Assembly: GCA_965261395.1 (NCBI GenBank) | Contig: OZ253462.1 | Location: 3,008,001-3,072,000 of the forward strand | Length of the DNA: 64,000 bases | Source of the DNA: Candidatus Latescibacterota bacterium | GTDB lineage: Bacteria; Latescibacterota; UBA2968; UBA8231 | Direction: 5' to 3' | Shown: positions 39,102-48,147 of the stretch, one piece after another | Layout: each line of letters begins with the position of its first letter | How positions within the stretch are numbered: position 1 is the first letter of the stretch | Program-made: the position numbers and the translations under genes | The notes under the pieces: generated by a model | What the model was told of the DNA's origin: nothing | Databases searched by the model: none | The model's input: only the letters and a program-made list of their open reading frames with translations

Positions 39102-42100
39102 GTGAAACTAATTAATCGTTATAGAATTATGACTGCCCTTTTCTTGGGCGTTTTTGGCTATGTACCCCTCTGGGGACAAGACATAGACTTTACACCTGAC
39201 AGGCCCGACGGCCCTGCCAAGATACAGAGTGCGTTGTGGGAGTTGGCAATACCGGGGGCGGCCAAACCGACTCGCGATTTACAGGATACTGTCGTCGTCA
39301 TCTTGGTTCCACATCCTGGCCAAGCGTCGGCTTCGATTGATACCTCGTCGCTGGCTGCACTTGGCGGGAGGGTTCTGGCGCAGTCCAAGAGTCTGATGCG
39401 GGTTTCGGTGCCAGCGTCGTCGTTGCTGGCGGTTTCGGAACTACCGGGGGTTCGCTTTGTCCGCAGGCCGTACCGGCCACACGCGCAACAGATCATCTTT
39501 AGTGAAGGTGGGAATCTCATCAAAGCGTATGATAATTACTTCGAGGGTGTGAAAGGACAAGGGGTCAAGGTGGCCGTTATTGACGGAGGATTTAAGGGGG
39601 CGGACGAACTACCTGGAAACATGCCGGACTCTTGGCGGTATCTCGACCATACGAGCGAGGGGATATATGCTGGCGAGAGCGTCCACGGCACGGCGTGTGC
39701 AGAGATAGTCCACGATGTGGCCCCGGAAGCCGAACTCACGCTTCTGAAAGTGGGGAACTTAGTTGACTTGGAAAATGCTAAGGATCTTTGCATACGAGAG
39801 GGTATTGACATAATCAATCATTCCATGACTTGGTATGGAACAGGCATTGGCGACGGGGAAGGAATAGCCTGCGACATTGTAGATGACGCCGCCGATAAGG
39901 GTATTCTCTGGGTAAATGCAGCAAGCAATAGCGCAAAAAGCCATTACTACCAGCCTTGGTCTGATCGCGATTCTGATCGTTGGCACAACTTTAAAGGCGA
40001 CGACGAGACGATAGGATTTGAAGCTGAGAAAGGGACTGAGATATCCGTTTACTTGACATGGAATGATTGGCCCGAAACCCGTGATGACTATGATCTGTAC
40101 CTCTATTTTTCTAACTCCTCCGGCGAGCTCGAAAGCGTTGACCAAAGTACAGATGTTCAAAGTGGTTCCGGTCGTGAACCTGTAGAATGGATCGAATACA
40201 CTGCAGAGAGATCGGGACAGTATCATATTCTTGTTCGTAAAAGCCCAGACGCCCGATCTAGAAGGCTGAAAATATGGTCATTTCATCGTAATCTCGATTT
40301 TGAATATTCGAGCCCGGAGGGCAGCATCGGGATTCCTGCGGACGCCGAAGGAGCCATGAGCGTTGGAGCGATCTATCATGATTATTATAACTTGGGTAGA
40401 ATTGAAGATTACAGCTCCCGAGGTCCCACCCTTGATGGCCGTATTAAGCCTGAACTCGTCGCCCCTACAGGGGTATCAACCGTTTCTTATGCACCGGATG
40501 GTTTTTTCGGAACATCCGCCGCTGCGCCTCACGTCGCCGGCGCGGCGGCCCTGATCAAGTCAGCTAATCCCTCGTACTCACGCACTCAATTGTGGGATGC
40601 ACTTGTCGATGCAACAGTTGACATAGGACCCCGGGGAAGGGACAACGACAGCGGATACGGCAAACTCGTGTTGCCGATTATGCAAGTTTCCGCAAACACC
40701 TCTCCTCGCATCAGCAGCGTCTCTCCGCAGACGGTACAGACGAATGGGATTGTTACCGTAAGCGGGAGTAATTTCGGTTCGTCGCGGGGGAGTAGTTCCG
40801 TGCGGATAGGTTCGGTCGTGATCCCTTCCTCTGCGTTTACCTCTTGGTCGAGTAGCAGGATACGCTTCCGCATTCCCGTCAATACGCCCCCCGGCAACCT
40901 GACCGTTAGAACGTCCCAAGGCACCAGTAATGCCATCCGCCTACAAATAACGAGCCCGTATCTGACGAGGATCTCGCCGACGCGAATCGAAACAGGGAAT
41001 CGCCTGACATTAACGGGCGGTAATTTTGGCGATAGACGGAGCACGGGATACGTTTTATTTATTTCCAATGTACGACCCTCTGCTGCGGACTATGTGAGTT
41101 GGTCCAACAGCAGAATTGTCGTCAAGGTTCCGGCTAGAGCGCGAAGTGGCAATGTACAGGTTACTACTTCGAATGGGACATCGGGGACGAAGCTGCTTCA
41201 AATCGAAAGCAGGTCTCCTCAAATCTCGTCTGTCTCTCCCCGCCGAGTCCAGTACAATCAGGTCGTGACCGTCACCGGCAGCAACTTCGGCTCGTCGCGG
41301 GGAAGCAGTACGGTTCGGATAGGTTCGGTCGTGATCCCCTCCTCTTCGTTGGCTAGTTGGTCGAATACCCGCATCAGGTTTCGCGTTCCCACGAACATGC
41401 GCTCTGGCAATGTAACCGTCCGCACTTCGACAGGAACGAGTAACGCCATCCGCTTAGAGATAACAAGCCCCTACTTGGCCAGTGTTTCGCCGAGCAGAGT
41501 CAAGCCAGGGGACCGTTTGACACTGACCGGGGCCAATTTCGGGAGCAGGCGGGGGAGCGGTTACGTTTTGTTTGCGCCCAATGCCCGGCCGTTAGCCAGC
41601 AGCGATTACGTAGTTTGGAGCGGCAGCCGAATTGTGGTTAAGGTTCCGGCTAGGGCGCGAAGCGGAGACGTGAAAGTCGTTACGGGGGCTGGAACTTCCG
41701 GGGGCAAACGTATTGTGGTCGAGTCTGTAGCTCCTCAAATCTCGTCTGTCTCTCCTCGCCAAGTGCTGTACAATCAGGTCGTGACGGTCACTGGAATCAA
41801 TTTCGGCTCGTCGCGGGGAAGCAGTACGGTTCGGATAGGTTCGGTCGTGATCCCTTCCTCTTGGTTGGATAGTTGGTCGAATACCATAATCAGGTTTCGC
41901 GTTCCCACGAATATGCGCTCTGGAAATCTCGTCGTCAGAACCTCGAAAGGTACGAGCAACGCCATCCTCTTGGAGATAATAAGCCCCTACTTGGGCAGTG
42001 TTTCTCCGAGCAGAGTCAAACCCGGAGACCGCCTGACGTTGACCGGGGCCAATTTCAGGAGCAGCCGGGGGAGTAGTTACGTCCTATTTGCACCCAATGT

Positions 42101-43445
42101 CAGGCCATCGTCCGGCGATTATGTGACTTGGAACGACAGCCGAATCGTGGTTAGGGTTCCGGCTGGGGCACAAAGCGGAGACGTGAAGGTGGCCGTTATA
42201 GGGGCTGGAGTTTCCGGAACCAAGCGCGTTGTAGTGGAGTCCGCCTCCTCTCCTCAAATCACTTCTGTCTCTCCCCGCCAAGTGCAGTACAATCAGGTCG
42301 TGACCGTTATCGGAAGCAACTTCGGCTCGTCGCGGGGGAGTAGTTCGGTGCGAATTGGCTCGGTTGCGATCTCTTCGTTCACCACTTGGTCGAATACCAT
42401 AATCAGGTTTCGCGTTCCCACGAATGTGCGCTCTGGCAATGTCACCGTCCGCACCTCGGCAGGAACGAGCAACGCTATCCGCTTAGAGATAACAAGCCCC
42501 TACTTGGCCAGTGTTTCGCCGAGCAGAGTCAAGCCAGGGGACCGTTTGACACTGACCGGGGCCAATTTCAAGAGTAGCCGGGGGAGCGGTTACGTCCTGT
42601 TCACGCCTAATGTCCGGCCAACGTCCGGCGATTACGTGACTTGGAGCGATAGCCGAATCGTGGTTAGGGTTCCGATTGGGGCGCAAAGCGGAGACGTGAA
42701 GGTCGTCGCTACCGGGTCTCAGTCTTCCGGGACTAAGCGCATTATTGTTGAGGGCGATGAAGGCGAAGTGGTGGAGTCACTGCCGAGTAGAGGACTTTTC
42801 GGCTACAGTCCGCCTGCGGTTACCAAAAATCCCAAAAACGTCAAGTTCGGCCTTGGGGGGGCTAGTCGCGATCTCGCGTGTTATTTTTCGGTAAAGGAAA
42901 TAAGCGATGGCGAAATCGATATTTTTCTTAACGAACAATCTTACGCCTATATTCCAGCGAGCGAGGATTGGACGCATTGGTATATCATCTTAGACCGCGC
43001 AGACCTGCGTTCTGGCACAAACATTATCGAGTTCCGCAATCTCTTCAACCAAAACCGCACCTCATCTTTCGCTCGCTGGCAGTTGAAGGATGTGTGGGTG
43101 GGGGAACCACCACCCAGTGCTAAGCCCGTCGCAGGGGCGCAGCTCTTGTCCAAGTTGCCGGATGGACTGGTTTCCGGCCTAAACGATCCCTTTCCCACGC
43201 CATTCAACGCGGAAGTGACCATCCCTTTTGCCTTGGCCGAGGCCGGCCCCGTGCGGCTTGTCGTCTATAATTTGATGGGACAGCAGGTTCGCGTGTTGGC
43301 CGATGGATGGGTGGATGCTGGCGCGCACAGTATGCGCTGGGACGGTCGTACGGCGGCGGGTGTAGAGGCTGCTTCGGGGGTCTATTGGGCTGTGTTGCAT
43401 GTCGGTGGTGCGGTTCAAACGGCTAAGTTGGCGTTGATTCGCTGA
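39102..43445 (+). CDS. Secreted S8 subtilase with eight IPT/TIG domains and an FlgD-Ig C-terminal domain (paralog 2)
   Basis: Same triad motifs; four A-B two-domain modules (PQISSVSP.../SPYLASVSP...); PTPFNAE C-terminal domain. Confidence 0.92.
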   Translation: MKLINRYRIMTALFLGVFGYVPLWGQDIDFTPDRPDGPAKIQSALWELAIPGAAKPTRDLQDTVVVILVPHPGQASASIDTSSLAALGGRVLAQSKSLMRVSVPASSLLAVSELPGVRFVRRPYRPHAQQIIFSEGGNLIKAYDNYFEGVKGQGVKVAVIDGGFKGADELPGNMPDSWRYLDHTSEGIYAGESVHGTACAEIVHDVAPEAELTLLKVGNLVDLENAKDLCIREGIDIINHSMTWYGTGIGDGEGIACDIVDDAADKGILWVNAASNSAKSHYYQPWSDRDSDRWHNFKGDDETIGFEAEKGTEISVYLTWNDWPETRDDYDLYLYFSNSSGELESVDQSTDVQSGSGREPVEWIEYTAERSGQYHILVRKSPDARSRRLKIWSFHRNLDFEYSSPEGSIGIPADAEGAMSVGAIYHDYYNLGRIEDYSSRGPTLDGRIKPELVAPTGVSTVSYAPDGFFGTSAAAPHVAGAAALIKSANPSYSRTQLWDALVDATVDIGPRGRDNDSGYGKLVLPIMQVSANTSPRISSVSPQTVQTNGIVTVSGSNFGSSRGSSSVRIGSVVIPSSAFTSWSSSRIRFRIPVNTPPGNLTVRTSQGTSNAIRLQITSPYLTRISPTRIETGNRLTLTGGNFGDRRSTGYVLFISNVRPSAADYVSWSNSRIVVKVPARARSGNVQVTTSNGTSGTKLLQIESRSPQISSVSPRRVQYNQVVTVTGSNFGSSRGSSTVRIGSVVIPSSSLASWSNTRIRFRVPTNMRSGNVTVRTSTGTSNAIRLEITSPYLASVSPSRVKPGDRLTLTGANFGSRRGSGYVLFAPNARPLASSDYVVWSGSRIVVKVPARARSGDVKVVTGAGTSGGKRIVVESVAPQISSVSPRQVLYNQVVTVTGINFGSSRGSSTVRIGSVVIPSSWLDSWSNTIIRFRVPTNMRSGNLVVRTSKGTSNAILLEIISPYLGSVSPSRVKPGDRLTLTGANFRSSRGSSYVLFAPNVRPSSGDYVTWNDSRIVVRVPAGAQSGDVKVAVIGAGVSGTKRVVVESASSPQITSVSPRQVQYNQVVTVIGSNFGSSRGSSSVRIGSVAISSFTTWSNTIIRFRVPTNVRSGNVTVRTSAGTSNAIRLEITSPYLASVSPSRVKPGDRLTLTGANFKSSRGSGYVLFTPNVRPTSGDYVTWSDSRIVVRVPIGAQSGDVKVVATGSQSSGTKRIIVEGDEGEVVESLPSRGLFGYSPPAVTKNPKNVKFGLGGASRDLACYFSVKEISDGEIDIFLNEQSYAYIPASEDWTHWYIILDRADLRSGTNIIEFRNLFNQNRTSSFARWQLKDVWVGEPPPSAKPVAGAQLLSKLPDGLVSGLNDPFPTPFNAEVTIPFALAEAGPVRLVVYNLMGQQVRVLADGWVDAGAHSMRWDGRTAAGVEAASGVYWAVLHVGGAVQTAKLALIR
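40700..42750 (+). repeat. Intragenic tandem repeat, four units of about 515 bp, two IPT/TIG domains per unit
   Basis: Units start near 40700, 41213, 41731 and 42250; 41448-41540 is identical to 42477-42569. Confidence 0.9.
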
Positions 43446-43452
43446 GCCGAAT

Positions 43453-43487
43453 CGTTGTCGCCACCAAGCGGACTTGGGTTGACAACG
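43453..43487 (+). other. Imperfect stem-loop after S8 paralog 2 without a U-tract
   Basis: CGTTGTCG..CCAAG-CGGA-CTTGG..TGACAACG. Confidence 0.4.
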
Positions 43488-43535
43488 TGAAAACGACTCT
43501 TGAATCTCCTACATAGTCCTAAAGAGGAGATAATC

Positions 43536-44096
43536 ATGTTTAACGAAGAAAAGGCTACTGAACTCGCTGCTAGCATTCTGTCGTGGGGCGGCTCGATGAA
43601 GTTTATCAAGCTGCTCAAACTCATCTACCTAGCTGATCGCGAGGCGCTGGACCGGGAAGGGCATAGCATCTCCACTGATCGCTGGGTATCGATGAAACAC
43701 GGCCCGGTGCCCATTCAGACGTACAATCTGATACACCAAGAAGACGACCCCGATCGCCATCCTGTGTGGAACCAGTACATCGAGAACCAAGCAGATTACT
43801 GCATCGGTCTAAAGAAAGAGATAGGAATAAACCACCTGTCTGAAGCGGAACAGGCGATCGCCGAGGATATCTGGAAGCAGTACGGCCATCTACCCCCTTG
43901 GGGTTCCAATGGTATCGTCGAGCTTACTCACCGTCTCCCCGAGTGGGAAAATCCCGAAGAAGATCCGCACGGTCCCCAAGCGACACCCATTCCTGTCCGA
44001 CGCATCCTGCTCGCCTTGAAGAAGAGCGACGAAGAAATCCAAGCTATCTTAGAGCTGGAACAGACGGACGCTTGGCTGGATGGGATCTTGGCGTGA
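43536..44096 (+). CDS. Panacea (DUF4065/SocA-like) domain antitoxin
   Basis: KLLKLIYLADR, MKHGPV, LTH.LPEW; SD GAGGAG before ATG 43536. Confidence 0.85.
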   Translation: MFNEEKATELAASILSWGGSMKFIKLLKLIYLADREALDREGHSISTDRWVSMKHGPVPIQTYNLIHQEDDPDRHPVWNQYIENQADYCIGLKKEIGINHLSEAEQAIAEDIWKQYGHLPPWGSNGIVELTHRLPEWENPEEDPHGPQATPIPVRRILLALKKSDEEIQAILELEQTDAWLDGILA

Positions 44097-44183
44097 TACG
44101 GGCTGGCACCGTCGTCCAGTCGAAAGTCGAACCCTACCTTGAATAGACGATCTGCCATAGACGGTGTTGATTCGCTGAACAGC

Positions 44184-44212
44184 TTGACAGGTGCGAGCGG
44201 CCCTTTTACTTT
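44184..44212 (+). promoter_or_regulatory. Sigma70 promoter of the trp/aro operon, TTGACA-N17-TACTTT
   Basis: Perfect -35 and ideal spacing; ends 9 nt before the leader ATG. Confidence 0.7.
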
Positions 44213-44221
44213 TGGCTCGTT

Positions 44222-44302
44222 ATGAATTTTTCGCCTTACATTCGTCGCTGGTGGCGCGCTTGGTATTCCCCGATCAGAGAGAAAGGTGCGTCCATCCGCT
44301 AG
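44222..44302 (+). CDS. trpL: trp operon leader peptide MNFSPYIRRWWRAWYSPIREKGASIR
   Basis: 26 codons with W-W-x-x-W, directly before the terminator and trpE. Confidence 0.85.
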   Translation: MNFSPYIRRWWRAWYSPIREKGASIR

Positions 44303-44328
44303 ACTGCGACGAGATGAATTTTCAATCC

Positions 44329-44360
44329 AACGCGGACGCCCTCGGGTGTCCGCGTTTTTT
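44329..44360 (+). terminator. Attenuator terminator
   Basis: AACGCGGACGCCC-TC-GGGTGTCCGCGTT followed by a T run, 18 nt before the trpE ATG. Confidence 0.9.
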
Positions 44361-44378
44361 ATGTACTTGGAGAACGCC

Positions 44379-46556
44379 ATGACCATTCACACGGAAACCT
44401 TTCGCACGGCTGGCGGCGTCGAAGTCAAGCGCCAGACCGAGGAATTGTCCATAGAAAGGCCACTAAAGTTCCTGCTCGAACGGCTCAATACCCACCGGGG
44501 TGCCGTCTTTGCCAGCGGCTACGAGTATCCAGGGCGCTATAGCCGCTGGGACATTGGCTTCGTCGATCCGCCGCTGGAGCTGGTGGCGCGTCAGCGCGCC
44601 TTTGCCTTCCGGGCGCTCAACGCACGCGGCGAGATGCTGCTGGAGACCTTTCGCCGCAGCCTCGCCAAGCACGAGCATGTGATGGAGCTGGAGCTAACCG
44701 ATGGCCAGCTCAAAGGCACAGTGGCCCCCATGCCCGAGTACTTCCCCGAAGAGGAGCGCTCCAAGCAGCCGACGATCTTCAGCGTCCTGCGCGCCCTGGT
44801 GGCACAGATGCGAGCCGAGGGCGAAAATCACTTGGGCTTTTACGGGGCGCTGGGCTACGACCTGGTACTCCAGTTTGAGCCGCTCCAACTGCACCATCCG
44901 CGCCGCGAGGACCGACCCGATCTGCACCTTTTTTTGCCAGACGAACTAGTCGTCGTCGATCACCGCAAGGAGCAGGCGCGGCGTTACCGCTATGAATTTG
45001 CCGCCGACGGGTTGTCAACCGAGGGCATGGAGCGAGGCACGGACGCCGTGCCCTATGTGCGCGGCGCGGCAACCGAGATCTCGTGCGACCACGCCCCCGG
45101 GGAATACGCCGACAAGGTGCGCGAGGTCATCGCCGGTACTGAGCGCGGCGACTTCTTTGAGGTGACGCCGAGCCAAGTGCTCAGCGCTGGCTATGCGGGC
45201 AGCCCGCACATCCTCTTTGAGAATATCCGCCGCAATAGCCCCAGTCCCTATGAATTCTTCATCAACCTCGGCGACGAGTATCTGATCGGTGCTTCACCCG
45301 AGATGTTCGTGCGAGTTAGCGGGTCATTCGTCGAGACTTGTCCGATTGCCGGGACCATCGGCCGCGGCAAAACCGTGATGGAGGACGCCGAGCAGATCCG
45401 CGACTTGCTCAACTCAAAAAAGGACGAGGCCGAGCTGAACATGTGTACGGACGTCGACCGCAACGACAAAGCGCGGATTTGCAAGGAAGGCTCGGTGCGG
45501 GTGGTCGGGCGGCGGATGATCGAAAAGTACTCAAAGGTCTTTCACACCGTGGACCAAGTCGTCGGCGAGCTGAAGGACGACTGCGACGGATTCGACGCCC
45601 TGCTTTCGCATATGTGGGCGGTAACGCTGACCGGCGCGCCCAAACCGGCGGCCATGCAGAAGATCGAGGAACTGGAAAACTCGGCGCGGCGCTGGTACGG
45701 CGGCTGCATCGGCATGCTGATGTTTAGCGGCGAGATCAACACCGGGATCACCATCCGCACCGTACACTTGGAGGACGGCATCGCCCGAGTGCGGGTCGGG
45801 GCGACTCTACTCTGCGACTCGGACCCCGACGCCGAGGAGCGCGAAACTCGGGCCAAGGCCGAGACTTTTATCAACGCGGTGACCGGTGCCGCCGACGCCA
45901 AGAAGAAGAGCACCCAAATCGCGACCACCGGGCAGGGCAAGCGGGTACTCTTCGTCGATAACCGCGACTCCTTCGTGCATACGCTCGGCGATTACGTGCG
46001 GCAGACGGGAGCGGAGGTGGTGACGGTGCGCGCCGCGAGGTCGCGCGACGGCAGCGGCGCGCGGGGCCTGCGCGATCCCCAGCGCGTCTTCGCCGAGTTT
46101 GATCCCGATCTGGTCTTCATCTCGCCGGGGCCAGGCACGCCGAGAGAATTTGGAGTGCCGGAGCTGGTCAACGAGTGCGTACGGCGCGCGCTCCCGGTGT
46201 TCGGCGTGTGTCTGGGATTGCAGGGCATCGTCGAGGCTCTCGGTGGCGAGCTAGGGGTGCTTTCCTACCCGATGCACGGCAAGGAATCGACGATCCGCTG
46301 CACGCCGGAAGGAATTTTTGACGGGTTCCCCGCGGAGTTTGTCGCTGGGCGCTACCATTCGCTCTACGCCGTGCCAGAAAAGTTGCCCGAGTGCTTGCAG
46401 GTCTTGGCGCAGACCGACGATGGGGTCATCATGGCCGTGGAGCATCGCGATTTGCCGATAGCGGCCGTGCAGTTTCACCCCGAGTCGATTTTGACGCTCA
46501 AGGGCGATCTCGGCTTGCGGCTGATCGCCCAAGTAATAGGGAGTTTAGCGCGTTGA
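44379..46556 (+). CDS. trpE: Anthranilate synthase, fused TrpE-TrpG
   Basis: SGYEYPGRYSRWD, PSPYEFFINLG, GASPEMFVRV, TCPIAGT, TLTGAPK; C-terminal GATase (DSFVHTL, GVCLG, QFHPES). Confidence 0.93.
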   Translation: MTIHTETFRTAGGVEVKRQTEELSIERPLKFLLERLNTHRGAVFASGYEYPGRYSRWDIGFVDPPLELVARQRAFAFRALNARGEMLLETFRRSLAKHEHVMELELTDGQLKGTVAPMPEYFPEEERSKQPTIFSVLRALVAQMRAEGENHLGFYGALGYDLVLQFEPLQLHHPRREDRPDLHLFLPDELVVVDHRKEQARRYRYEFAADGLSTEGMERGTDAVPYVRGAATEISCDHAPGEYADKVREVIAGTERGDFFEVTPSQVLSAGYAGSPHILFENIRRNSPSPYEFFINLGDEYLIGASPEMFVRVSGSFVETCPIAGTIGRGKTVMEDAEQIRDLLNSKKDEAELNMCTDVDRNDKARICKEGSVRVVGRRMIEKYSKVFHTVDQVVGELKDDCDGFDALLSHMWAVTLTGAPKPAAMQKIEELENSARRWYGGCIGMLMFSGEINTGITIRTVHLEDGIARVRVGATLLCDSDPDAEERETRAKAETFINAVTGAADAKKKSTQIATTGQGKRVLFVDNRDSFVHTLGDYVRQTGAEVVTVRAARSRDGSGARGLRDPQRVFAEFDPDLVFISPGPGTPREFGVPELVNECVRRALPVFGVCLGLQGIVEALGGELGVLSYPMHGKESTIRCTPEGIFDGFPAEFVAGRYHSLYAVPEKLPECLQVLAQTDDGVIMAVEHRDLPIAAVQFHPESILTLKGDLGLRLIAQVIGSLAR

Positions 46557-46560
46557 AGAC

Positions 46561-47124
46561 ATGTTGCTGATACTTGATAACTACGACTCCTTTACCTACA
46601 ATTTGGTGCATTATTTAGAGGAATTAGGGGCTGCAACCAAGGTCTTGCGCAACGACCAATTGACGGTCGCCGAAGCGGTTGCACTCGCGCCAGAGCGCGT
46701 CGTTATCTCGCCTGGTCCTGGCGGCCCAGATCAAGCTGGAATTTCGTGTGCGCTCGTCGAGCGGTTGGCCGGTGTGATTCCCATTTTGGGCGTGTGCCTA
46801 GGGCACCAAGTTATCGCCCAAGTTTGCGGCGGGCGCATCGTGCGGGCCGGTGAGATCGTCCACGGTCGCGCGACGCCGGTGCAACACGACGGCCGCACGC
46901 TCTTTGCGGGGTTGCCCAACCCGCTCGTCGCCACCCGCTATCACTCGCTGGCCGTGGAGCAGGAGAGTTTGCCTGAGTGCCTCGAAGTATCGGCCACGAG
47001 TGAGGATGGGACGATCATGGGGATTCGGCACCGGCGATGGCCTCTCGAAGGGGTGCAGTTCCATCCCGAATCGATTTTGACCATAGAAGGCAAACACCTA
47101 CTGGCCAATTTTCTTCGCTTATGA
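46561..47124 (+). CDS. Stand-alone glutamine amidotransferase (TrpG/PabA family)
   Basis: DNYDSFTYNL, ISPGPG, GVCLGHQ, RYHSL, GVQFHPES. Confidence 0.93.
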   Translation: MLLILDNYDSFTYNLVHYLEELGAATKVLRNDQLTVAEAVALAPERVVISPGPGGPDQAGISCALVERLAGVIPILGVCLGHQVIAQVCGGRIVRAGEIVHGRATPVQHDGRTLFAGLPNPLVATRYHSLAVEQESLPECLEVSATSEDGTIMGIRHRRWPLEGVQFHPESILTIEGKHLLANFLRL

Positions 47125-47135
47125 GGAGCGCAAGC

Positions 47136-48146
47136 ATGATACAAGAAGCTATAAAAGACCTGATCGCCGGAGCGGACTTGGGCCGCGCTAGGACACGGGC
47201 GGTGATGGAGCAGATTATGAGTGGCCAAGCTACGGACGCTCAGATCGGCGCGTTTCTCGTCGCCCTGCGGATCAAGGGCGAGACCATCGACGAGATCGCC
47301 GGTGGCGCCGAAGCCATGCGTGAGAAAGCCACGCCGATAGTGACGGTGCGCCCCGATCTCATCGACACCTGCGGCACCGGTGGCGATGATTCGGGGACCT
47401 TCAATATCTCTACGACGGTAGCCTTTGTCGCTTGTGGTGCCGGCCTAGCGGTGGCCAAACACGGTGCCCGCTCCATATCGAGCCAGTGCGGCTCGGCGGA
47501 CGTGCTAGCCGCGTTAGGGGTCAACGTCGAAGCCACGCCGGAAAAGGTCGGCGAGTGCATCGACGAAGTCGGCATCGGCTTCCTCTTCGCGGTAGCCTTG
47601 CACGGAGCGATGAAACACGCCATTGGTCCGCGCAGGGAGTTAGCTACCCGCACGGTTTTTAACATCTTGGGGCCGCTGACCAATCCGGCCGGGGCCAAAA
47701 GGCAATTGCTCGGCGTGTTCGACGGCGCGTTGACCGAGGCGCTCGCCGGGGTGCTGCGCGAGTTGGGATCGGAGCGGGCCTTGGTGGTACACGGCTCGGA
47801 CGGGCTGGACGAGATCACGCTGACGGGGCCGACGCAGGTCAGCGAGCTTAGAGACGGGCAGATCAGTACGCGCCAGATCCATCCGGAGGATTTTGGCTTG
47901 CAAGTAGTCTCCGCCGAGGCGCTCAAAGGCGGCGACGCGGACTACAATGCGTGCATCCTGCGCGAGGTACTCGACGGCAGGGAGGGGCCGCAGCGCGACG
48001 TGGTGCTGCTCAACGCGGCGGCGGCGATGGTCGTTGGCGGGCTGGCCGAGGATATAACCGCTGGTCTCGAACTGGCCCGAGCGTCCATCGACTCAGGCAA
48101 GGCACGCCAAGCCCTCGATCGGCTGGTCGAGGTAAGCAACTCCTGA
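47136..48146 (+). CDS. trpD: Anthranilate phosphoribosyltransferase
   Basis: DTCGTGGD, FNIST, AKHG, GSADVL, RTVFNILGPLTNP, DGLDEI. Confidence 0.96.
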   Translation: MIQEAIKDLIAGADLGRARTRAVMEQIMSGQATDAQIGAFLVALRIKGETIDEIAGGAEAMREKATPIVTVRPDLIDTCGTGGDDSGTFNISTTVAFVACGAGLAVAKHGARSISSQCGSADVLAALGVNVEATPEKVGECIDEVGIGFLFAVALHGAMKHAIGPRRELATRTVFNILGPLTNPAGAKRQLLGVFDGALTEALAGVLRELGSERALVVHGSDGLDEITLTGPTQVSELRDGQISTRQIHPEDFGLQVVSAEALKGGDADYNACILREVLDGREGPQRDVVLLNAAAAMVVGGLAEDITAGLELARASIDSGKARQALDRLVEVSNS

Positions 48147-48147
48147 G

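Noticed and set aside
38612-43452. Similar 3' ends as a DGR template/variable repeat pair
   Set aside because: Mismatches are not confined to adenines, both copies are coding, and no reverse transcriptase is in the window
44286-44378. Longer start for trpE
   Set aside because: Runs through the attenuator; SD GGAG supports ATG 44379
44150-44378. T-box riboswitch upstream of the trp genes
   Set aside because: No T-box consensus or specifier stem seen; the Trp-rich uORF explains the terminator
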